A DNA stretch of 64,000 bases from Glycera tridactyla (Eukaryota): the NCBI GenBank assembly GCA_965644265.1, contig OZ286468.1:49910001-49974000 (forward strand), given 5' to 3'. Position 1 is the stretch's first letter. Each line of letters opens with the position of its first letter. Under the pieces are notes generated by a model, which saw only the letters and a list, made by a program, of their open reading frames with translations, had not been told where the DNA came from and searched no databases. A program made the translations under genes and the position numbers. Shown here one piece after another: positions 53,801-62,330 of this stretch.

Positions 53801-56800
53801 CAATAAAATTAAGTGATATACAGTGAAACCTGCAACGAGAGACCGCCTTAAATGTAACCAAAAGGCGGTCTCTCAAAAGAGGGGGTCTCTCATCAGAGGT
53901 ATATTTGATTAGGTCAGATAGAAAAGTTGCTCTGGAAGAGCGGTCTCCCGTCGGAGATGTTCTCTTGTGAGGGGTCTCTCATCGCAGATTTCATTTTGAC
54001 GTTATTGTTTTAGTTTGTTTTGAAGGACAGTAAAACCTGTATTCAGAATTAATAGATGAATAATCAATGAACTGACCTTGAATGTCACTGTCTTGACTTC
54101 GATCAGTAATGTGGCACTCTTCATCTTCCTCCGTCCACTTCTCCGAGGTGATGATTTCATCTGTGGAAGCCACTTTCCGGGATCTCACTTTCCGTCTCTT
54201 CACTTTCTCGATGTCCAGCGACTGTTTCCTGCTGTTCGTGACAAGGTCAAGCTGCATCTCTTCTGTCACCTTCCACTCCTGTTGTGGGTCAATATTTCTT
54301 GGATTCTTTTTATCGAGCCCATGTAATACTTTTTCTTTATCTGGTAACACTAGCAATTTCTTGCCTTTCTTCCTTCCAACTTGTGTATTTTTCATATTCT
54401 GTTCACTATTTTGGGATGTCACCTCAGTTTGATTACTCATACTGTCATTCCTCTGCAAAGTTCTTGACTTTGCACTTTTAGATTGCAACTTTGATTGTGC
54501 TTTTTCTCTAACATTCACCACTTTGCTGTCTTCTTCATAGTGCATTTCCGCTCCTGAGATTACTGGAACCTGACTGTCGTGTGTTCCTCTAGTACTCGCT
54601 CTTGGGTTACGATCGTTGCCACGCTGCCTAGTTTCCATTCTCCTGAATGGTGGGACATCTTCCATGATCTGCTCTCTTGCTTCTACTTCCATGTCCCGCA
54701 CTTGCTGACTGAACACAAATTCAAATTCTTCAGCTTCCGCAAAGTGAGCGGACATGGTATCAATTTCTTGTTGTGTTAGAGATATTTCAGCATCAGCTCC
54801 CACAGTATTCTCCTGTTCATGACCAGGAGGCACATCTTCAACCAAATCGACAGTTTCTGTGGGAAGCGTAAAATTTCCCTGAGATATGTCCGTAACTTCA
54901 AGTGTTTCATTACTTTCATCGATCTCAATGACAGGTTCAAGAATTCTCGACCCATTCTTTCCACTTATCTGTGAAGTATTCACTGAAGTGCTTTCATCAC
55001 TTTCTACCTCATAACTGCGGTCAAATACTTTGATTTTACGCTTCCTTCCTCCTTTGCGTCCTTTCTTCTTGGGTGTTCTTTGACTGGGTTTGAAAGCAAA
55101 TGGATCTTCTTCAGAGGGTGAACCTATCATGCTGCGCCTCATTTTGGCACCTTTCGGAGTTTTAACCAGTCTGCCTTTGTATTTCAGCAACATTCTCCTC
55201 TTCAGTGGCGTCTTCTGAACCCTTTTGTTGATGGTAGATGGGGCAATCATATCTTCTTCCGAAGTTGGGCCTTTCACAGAATCAGACGACAAATTGAAGA
55301 CACTCATATCCGGAGTTGGTCCTTTGACACTCACAGATGGAGGACTCCTGTTTTTGATCAAACCCACTTTTTTGTATTTCAAATTTTTGTTTCTGTTCAG
55401 TCCTAATTTAGTTTTGGTGAGTAAGAATTTTGCTCTACTTAGTGATTTTCTGACCTGGGTAGAAGTTTCTGGTTCACTCTCCTTCTGGCATGTAGGACCT
55501 ATGATTGAATCAGAGGAGATATTCACCCGGGGAGCTCTATGTGTCGAATCTTGCCCAGATTCACCTTGACAGTGAGTAGCATCAGTGTCTTGCACAGAAT
55601 AAAGTTCATGTGATACATCAACTGCAGGAGCTGGACTCTGGATCTGGGGAGATATTTCCTTGTCTGGATTACCAGTCACACCAACAGGTTCTCTTACACC
55701 CAGTTCGACCTCAGAGACCGAATCATCAATGTTATCTACCTTCCGTGTATTCCTCAAAGGTCTTTTCTTTTTTCTATTTTCATGCACTGTTTTCTTTTGG
55801 GTGGCAGATACATTTTCATTTTTTCCATCACCAATAATCTCAGCAGTTGGCGTCGCACTTACAGAACCACCAGGCTGACTGGGAGCAACAGCAGGTTTGG
55901 TTTTAGGCTGCTTTCCTGACGGGATCTCAGCATCTGGGTGCTTTGGAACAATTTTCTCGACAACAACATGCAACTTTTGTACGGTGTCCAGCGATACATA
56001 TTCGAGCATTCCTACAGGCTCGGTGCTGAATGGTTGGGAGCATGCAGCAAGGCTCCTTTGTGAGAGCAGCTCGTCTTCGCCAGGTAAGACTGGTATTTGA
56101 TTAGTACTTGGGATATGATCATTATCGGTACCTCCGGACACGCCCATCTGTTCTAACGGAGTCTCATCAACAAGATTCACATCATCCCCATTTTTTTTTC
56201 CAGTCATTGCCGGATCCCCAATAACACGATCATCAACCATTATTTCCTTATTCTCAACATCCTGTACTCTTCCTGCAGTTTCAGAAACTACATTCTCATC
56301 GGTGTCCACTAGAATTATGTTATCACGAGGATGAGGATCGATCGTCTTTCTCTTTTTGTTCTCACCCGTTTGCTTTTTGGGCTGATGCTGCTTTAGGTAG
56401 GATTTATACTGCGATGGTTGTGGGTCATCAGCAACATCTATATCGCATGACTGATGCCCTACATTGGTTTCTGTCTGATCTATGGTACATGTCATCTGTT
56501 GCCCGTTTTTCTCAACCACTCCCTGCAGATACTCATCACTATCATCCACCCAAACAAACTGACCAGGTTTCGGCAATCGTTGCATCTTTCTCAGACCATC
56601 TTCTGGAATTTTCTTCTCTACATGCTTTTTCCATGTGCCTTTCGATCCTTTTTTGGAGTACTGTTTTCCAAAGACTTTATCAACAAGTGCCTCTCTTTTG
56701 TGAATGACTGGAGTTTTGAAAAGTATACCACCGCTACTTTCTGGTGTTTTTCGAACATCTGAATGTTTCTGTGTTGATGAAGTTTCTTCCTCCATTAGTC

Positions 56801-58823
56801 TATTCTTGCTTCGTGTCCGCCTGCCACCTCTGTTCTGTGGAGGACTTACTGGAATCTCTTCATGTCCAGCAGAATGCGTGTCAATTTGGTGACTTGGATT
56901 GTCACCCGCCTCAGAATTATCTGATGGAATTTCACAATCGAGAGGTACTTTATTGTTTTCACATCTATCTTCACACTTTTCACTCTCCTCATCACTGTCA
57001 TCCATATCATCTGCACTATATGTCTTCCGTTTCCCCATCCTAACCCTTGTCTTGGATAGAACTTTCGGACGAACATTGATTCCTTTCATTTTCTGGGGAA
57101 GTATCTTCGTTTCTTGAAGACGCTTTGTGCAGTCTTCCTTTGCCTTTTGGATATAGTTTGTGCAATCTAAGATAATACTGTCAAGTTCAGCATCATTCAA
57201 AACAGGCATTTCATCTATTTCTTCACACTCGATATTGTATACTTTATCTTGTGGGTGTCGAATTTGACTCGGAGGTGTGAGACTGGTACCATCGGTGCCA
57301 AGTGTTGATGCCGAGCTTGCCAAATGCAGAGATTCAGGGCCAAGTGTCGAGGGAGTGCGAGCCTCCTGCAGCCAGCTCTGAACCTTGGTATGAGCCTTCA
57401 CCCTCGGAAGAATTTCAATCCCATCCACAGGCTCCTTCTCCACCAAATTATTCCCACCTTCTACGTAGTCCACACATTCAGCTACTCTGGTATTCTCCTT
57501 GTCTTCTTGAGATGCATTTCTCACGCGGCTGGTCCTATTCTGATGTTTCCCAATATTCGGTGCCACAATGACAGTCGTCTCAATTTTCTTTCTTGTCGTT
57601 TGTGGGATAGACTTTCTCTCTCTGTCATGACCATGATGTCCGGACTTTGCAGGAATGCCATTTTGCACTTGCCGATGTGTTTTGGAATGTTCAAGGTTAG
57701 CTGATATGTGATGTTCACCAGTTTGTCCTCCACCATCCTCACTAATCCTACGCCCCGACTTTGGATGCTTACCTTTCTTCTCTCTTAGTTCTGCATTCGG
57801 GAACGAGGAGCTGAAAATCAAATTGGTAGAATTATTGTCAGAGAATTTGGCTTGGATTGGTGGGAGTTTCATGACAGGATTATGTATGCTGTATGTTTCT
57901 ATGACAGCTGGATGTTGTCCTCTGCATGCATCACTCATAAACCCTAAACACAAGATAATGGGGATCTGCCCCCTAAAACATCAGGAAAAAGGGCATTCTT
58001 CCACAAAATCAATTGAATATGGGTTTGCACTGAAATTTCCCAAGACGCGGTTGTTCCTTACAGAGGTTGGATGGAAAACATCCTGATTTTGCAGAGTAGA
58101 ATCACTCACAAACTGCCTGTTTCATGCAACTTTTCAACAACTTTCGAAGGTATCATTTTCAAGGCCCTGCCAACAATGGGTGAAAAGGTAATATATAATT
58201 CACTATTATGGTAATCCGATACCACATTGATTAATCCAATAAAACTTTGTCCATAATACAGTGAAACCTGCGACAAGAGACCTCCCCATGAGAGACCACC
58301 TCTGACGGGAGACCACTTTTCCAGGGCAGCTTTTCTATTTGACGCAGTCAAATATACCTCTGACGAGAGACCACCTCTTTTGAGAGACCGCTTTTCGGTG
58401 GCATATAGGGCGGTCTCTCATCGCAGGTTTCACTGTAATAATGATAATCAGATATGTCAAATTCCATACTTTTTCCAGACAAAAATGGCATTTCACAAGA
58501 TTCCATAATTTTTCCACGCATAGCTGCATCCAGGATTTTTCAAAATGGGGCCAATTGGCCCCCTCCTCACTCAGAAGGGGGCCAATGGTTGTCAAAAAGG
58601 GGCCAATATCACCGAGCACCTGAACTGCCTAAAATCACTATGCTGAAAAGGAAAAAGGTCCAACTTCAGGCATCCCACCTTCGCACAATTCAGTGGCACT
58701 ATCCCCATTCCCAGTGGCATCAGTTACAAGCCCTCTTCCAGGCTCCTTGCCCTTGGGCATTTCTTCACCATTCTGGCTGGAATTGGAATTCTTGAAGAAG
58801 CAAGTGATTCTTCTCTGGGCCAT
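32708..58823 (-). CDS. BRCA1: BRCA1 orthologue, spliced model from Met 58823, ~3,992 aa. Minus-strand join: 58679-58823, 54077-57790, 53508-53603, 43739-49243, 42176-42334, 40610-40683, 38292-39697, 37218-37467, 36386-36473, 35788-35918, 34683-34815, 33973-34107, 32708-32850. May extend 5' via 60417-60471, 60940-61012, 61446-61510 and beyond the window
   Basis: Exons sum to 11,979 nt with consistent phases. Tandem BRCT (TTSG, [31 protein letters not shown]), coiled coil DTQ|YGDDLKDDVGNIMKEIAALEAKL, KVQSW and DKVFGKQYSKK, resembling human KVNEW and DKIFGKTYRKK (recalled human sequence). Confidence 0.9.
32956..33180. mobile_element. hAT-like MITE, 15-bp TIR CAGGGTTGCATCCAG, 6-bp TSD
   Basis: TSD tatacc on both sides; sister copies 41875-42091 (TSD tctgtg), 28110-28310 (TSD tctatc), degenerate 53068-53449. 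Confidence 0.85.
33973..34107 (-). CDS. BRCA1: BRCA1 BRCT2 exon (EIHGLVQMCGASIIQEP...)
   Basis: Acceptor gtttgcag, donor gtaagt, phase 1-1; matches human WMVQLCGAS. Confidence 0.92.
34683..34815 (-). CDS. BRCA1: BRCA1 BRCT linker/BRCT2 exon (EDYEMAGDSV...[14 protein letters not shown])
   Basis: Acceptor catgtatcag, donor gtaaga, phase 0-1; matches human DFEVRGD...LEICCYGPF. Confidence 0.93.
35788..35918 (-). CDS. BRCA1: BRCA1 BRCT1 exon ([26 protein letters not shown]...)
   Basis: Acceptor aatttcag, donor gtgagt, phase 1-0; matches human [23 protein letters not shown]. Confidence 0.95.
36386..36473 (-). CDS. BRCA1: BRCA1 BRCT1 exon (VRVAQFAEMLGCRVVPRFNPSITHVIVPP)
   Basis: Acceptor ttttcatttcag, donor gtaaga, phase 0-1; BRCT THVI motif. 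Confidence 0.93.
37218..37467 (-). CDS. BRCA1: BRCA1 exon with start of BRCT1 (...PKRPNWLFTTSGIKSGKVK)
   Basis: Tandem cagcag acceptor, donor gtgagg, phase 2-0; SG of the phosphate pocket. Confidence 0.9.
37879..38053. mobile_element. Tc1/mariner-pogo-like MITE (CAGTGAAACCTG TIR, TA TSD)
   Basis: TA-cagtgaaacc...ttcactg-TA; relatives at 31922-32006, 52407-52618, 53119-53277, 53821-53995, 58259-58435, 59665-59841, 59906-60055 and 62779-62955. Confidence 0.85.
38292..39697 (-). CDS. BRCA1: BRCA1 exon with PALB2-type coiled coil followed by an acidic/Ser-Pro region
   Basis: Acceptor atgatttcag, donor gtgagt, phase 0-2; overlaps track ORF 38288..39685. Confidence 0.92.
40610..40683 (-). CDS. 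BRCA1: BRCA1 small exon (DDGSSSRGMNSSAVSSMSEAVDTQ)
   Basis: Acceptor tgtttattgcag, donor gtaagc, phase 1-0; ends in TQ like the human exon preceding the coiled coil. Confidence 0.85.
42176..42334 (-). CDS. BRCA1: BRCA1 exon (EDSRGEQGEKC...IHDSDEE)
   Basis: Acceptor tttgcattcacag, donor gtgagt, phase 1-1. Confidence 0.85.
43739..49243 (-). CDS. BRCA1: BRCA1 giant exon B (5,505 nt), Ser/Gln/acidic low-complexity with SQ clusters, poly-Q and poly-E
   Basis: Acceptor atttctttcag at 49243, donor gtgagg at 43739, phase 1-1; overlaps track ORF 43677..49235. Confidence 0.92.
51853..52047. mobile_element. hAT-like MITE, perfect 15-bp TIR CAGGGCTCTACGTTG, 5-bp TSD
   Basis: TSD ggagg at 51848-51852 and 52048-52052. 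Confidence 0.85.
53508..53603 (-). CDS. BRCA1: BRCA1 exon (SQRWLVRKYADSDEESDSGQNTKLLNDSFSI)
   Basis: Acceptor ttgttttcag, donor gtacac, phase 1-1. Confidence 0.75.
54077..57790 (-). CDS. BRCA1: BRCA1 giant exon A (3,714 nt) with KVQSW and DKVFGKQY motifs and basic NLS-like clusters
   Basis: Acceptor ctcgttcccgaatgcag (phase 1; an alternative cag at 57811 gives phase 2), donor gtcagt; overlaps track ORF 53991..57953. Confidence 0.9.
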
Positions 58824-58824
58824 T
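58679..58824 (-). CDS. BRCA1: BRCA1 exon beginning (R)MAQRRITCFFK, PIP-box-like
   Basis: Acceptor tctgtgacag|A-ATG, donor ag|gtggga; phase 1 joins giant exon A. The donor is only moderately strong. Confidence 0.65.
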
Positions 58825-58899
58825 CTGTCACAGACACACTTTTTCAGCCAATCATGGATCGTTGACACAAAGAGTAGAGCAAAGAATAGTATTCACCGA

Positions 58900-59390
58900 A
58901 TGACATTCACACTTCACGCTCGATTCACCATGCTCAACTCTCGACACGAGGCGCAGAAAACCGCGAACCCCATTCCAACTGACCGTCACTAGTCGCTATT
59001 TGGCCATTAGAAATACGATCGCGAGAAACCGGGTTATCGGGTATGGGGTATCAGAAACTGCGAGAACGCTTTTGCATCGCGGCCGCTGATTGGCCGAGAG
59101 CTGCCAGTTTCGATTCCATTGGCCAATCAGAATCGAGATTACAGCAGGGCTTCGTCTCCGAACGCAGCCGGGCGATATTAGAGGAATCGCCAAAATGGCG
59201 ATCTTTCTTCTCGTTTCTCCATGATAAATACCAATGATACAGGTTTCTGGCGCGGCCCATCGCTCAATTTGCGTGAGTTTTTCTATATTCGCGTATGGCT
59301 TGGCGCCCCAGCCTTCCGATTTCGCGCCCAGTTGTCATTTATTCGCGTAAATCCCGCACTCCCGCGGCCTGGATGCAGCTCTGTCCACGC
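58900..59390 (-). promoter_or_regulatory. CpG-rich promoter-like module P2
   Basis: GATCGCGAGA 59017, CCAAT/ATTGG boxes at 59089, 59118 and 59123, CAAAATGGCG (YY1-like) 59191, TTTCGCGC (E2F) 59320; CpG density far above the window background. Confidence 0.7.
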
Positions 59391-60416
59391 CTGGAAAATT
59401 GAATTGAATTGAATTGAAAAACTTTATTTTGTTTCATCACATATCGATGGCTCAGCGCAATACTAGGCTAACTCCCTTCTTTGTCCATAGTGAGTTAGCC
59501 TAGTATTGCTTTGAGTCATCGATATACAATATGATTACCCAAGGATGGGGCTTTTCTGGTGTGGACGAATGCTATAACTAAATAAAAACAAATCAATGTA
59601 AATCTTTGAACAAAATTCTATGCTTTTTCCAGGATCCCAGGCTGGCTAGGACCACAAAGTGATACAGTAAAACCTGTCTTGGGAGACCGCCCCAAATGCC
59701 AACAAAAAGCGGTCTCTCAAGACAGGTGGTCTCCCATTGGAGGTATATTCGAATACGCCAAATAGAGAAGAGCCGATAAAGAGTGGTCTCTCATTAGAGG
59801 GTGGTCTCCCAAAAGAGGGGCTCCCAAGACAGATTTCACTGTACTTTAATTGTGCACTTTCAGTGAGTTATGACTAATCAGCCCCTTCTGTCACATTTTA
59901 AGGTACAATAAAACCTGTCTTGGGAGACTGCCCCAAATGCCAACGAAAAGTGGTCTCTCAAGACAGGTGGTCTCTCATTGGTATATTTGACTATAGAGAA
60001 GAGCCAATAAAGAGCAGTCTCCCATTAGAGGGGTCTCTCAAGACAGGTTTCACTGTACATGCTCAACCTGAGTGACGTTGCAGCGAACATTCATCTCAAG
60101 GCCCTCTCAGCTTTGATGCTGCTAAAATTGTTGACCTTACATGGACTTTTCAAGTCAGTCATTTTCAAGGACTTTTCAAGGCCAAGGGTCAACCCTGTTG
60201 GCCTGAAAAGTGTGGTCACTACTCCAAAATCATATCCAGATAGATTCATGGGTGACTGCCATGAGGTGAAGGCGATTATACCATTCACTTCAAACTTGAA
60301 TATGGTTTCCTTGAAACTCCATGATTTTTGGCAGATGACATGTTTGATACAAAACTGCATATTTGTTTGATATTTTCTTCACAAGTTCCCATTTATAGAG
60401 CTGGAATATAACATAC

Positions 60417-61510
60417 CTTATGTTTGTGTTGGTCTTCACACATGGAGCTGGTTTAGACTGTTCTGCAACATCTGAAAATCATGGACAAAAATATATCTAA
60501 TCAAAATGACCATACTCTGAACTAAAAACAATACAATCACAGAAGGCAAGAAATGAAAAGCTATTTATCAGCCGGGATGGAACCCATGTGACCTCTGACA
60601 TTGAAGATGGGACGAACGTCCCCACTCAGCCAAGATTAAGAGTGAACAAAGCCATATACTATGCACTAACACTGCATGATTGTTACTGGGGCATGCAAAG
60701 GACATGGGTCGGGATCATTCAGGAATTGCTATCTTATCTATATGCAAGGCATTGTATTGATAAGGGCTTTCCCATTGTCTTTGTCAAGAAGGATTAGGGC
60801 GATCAAATTGGTTGGGCAGAAAATCAGGAATTTCACTTGTCCACATGGAACAATTGACTTAGAAGCCTAATGACATGTCTGGATTATGATTTCATATCAA
60901 AACAAGAGTTAGTTACGCATTCTGTTAACTTTTACTTACCTTCTATATAGATTTGACATTCTCTGATTTTATTTGATGGCTGACTGTCATTAGAAGATGG
61001 TTCTTTCTTTTCCTATTGCAAAATAAAAAAGAGCTCTACATAAATTTATGAATTTTTGTACATTCTGTACAAGTTTCTTCAATAAATGAAACAGAAGTAT
61101 TCGGCCACATACATCACCCTGATATGGAATATCATACAAATTCGAGAGGACTTCCTGATTCAATTTTGCAGCACATTTCCAGTAATCTGAGTTGGCATTT
61201 CTCAAGTTGGGTATATTTCAATCACTCCCTGATCTGAAATCCAATTTTGGGACTAATAGTCGCCAGATTTGACATCTCAGACTGGTTTTCAACACAAATG
61301 CCGCCCCTCCTCCACTTCTCGATTTTGCGATCATCATCCACCCCCCTTTTTCACTGAGCATTCAGACTCCCCGACAATCTAATGAATGGAATAGCCCTAA
61401 GGGAAACTTGGTAAATAACCAGACCTACCAATTGCATTTCCTTACCTCTTTTTTCGACTTCTTTGCAGGAGTCAGAGCAGACAGAGTTGTACTGTTTGGT
61501 GTTGATGAGA
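60417..61510 (-). CDS. Three small upstream exons (61446-61510, 60940-61012, 60417-60471): SSTPNSTTLSALTPAKKSKKE|EKKEPSSNDSQPSNKIRECQIYIE|DVAEQSKPAPCVKTNTNI
   Basis: Strong splice sites (ttttgtag/gtaagg, ttttgcaatag/gtaagt, ttttcag/gtatgt). Phases 1-0, 0-1 and 1-2 chain in frame into the 58824 acceptor. No Met in this frame. Confidence 0.55.
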
Positions 61511-61659
61511 CTACAAAACAGAAAATTTTCATGTAAAAGCATTAGCATCTCAGTCTTAGTGTGAATGTATGATGCATATATTATATTTTCTGTTGGACAC
61601 AAGCGGTTGACAGATTTACAAAACATGTCGCCATATACTCCTCTAATTCACATATCTAC

Positions 61660-62330
61660 AGCAGACCCAGGGATAGTGATCGACCCCGGCCTCGCGCCAT
61701 TGTCGCATCAAACGAACGAAACCCGCGCGTTTTTTGCAGCGTGCGCCCACCGTGGCGCATTAAAATCACACAATCTGGCATGGAAACGTCTAAAACTCAC
61801 TGAAACTGGCGAAAATCCGGACCAAATCGATCAATTTGGTGATATTTCGGGGTTAAAAGAGATGTTTATTCCAATTCATCTTCGAAAATTTCAAGATGGC
61901 GCCCAAATCCCGCGCGAACTCTCGCGATCGCGAGAGTATGATGAGATTTCGGCCGGTCTAGTTCACGGACCATCCGTTAGATGTCAAATTTGTCGGTGCG
62001 CCACACTCCGCCATCTGACGGCTCGGACGGGAACCAGACTAACCAGGCACGTGATCAGCCCAAAATGGCGGGATGCTCTCGAATGCTTATACCTGATGAA
62101 TGTTTTCATCACGTTTATGGCGAAAACATCGTGCTTTCCTCAAAAACGAACATGGATTACGCAAATAGGATCACTTTTCGCGCATTTTGTACAGTCTACT
62201 GACACCCGGCTGTATTTTTAGCATCTCGATAGCGATCGAAAATCGTGAGAAACATCGTTCAAACATAACTGATTTGGGCACATAGAATCGCCGACAGGCG
62301 CATCAAACGTCACCTTGGGCGCACAAATTT
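61660..62330 (-). promoter_or_regulatory. CpG-rich promoter-like module P1 with candidate non-coding exon ending at 61801
   Basis: 20-bp palindrome 61918-61937, YY1-like motifs at 61892 and 62061, E-box CACGTG 62048, TTTCGCGC 62176, minus-strand donor ca|gtgagt at 61801. Confidence 0.65.

Noticed and set aside
57791-57953. N-terminal part of the 1320-aa track ORF (MCLGFMSDACRG...)
   Set aside because: It is a family A retroposon tail plus intronic polypyrimidine sequence read in frame; the exon starts at the acceptor (57790).
60059-60370. Overlapping ORFs on both strands as RING or terminal exon
   Set aside because: No C3HC4 spacing; use as an exon would need a 62-nt intron with a poor pyrimidine tract.
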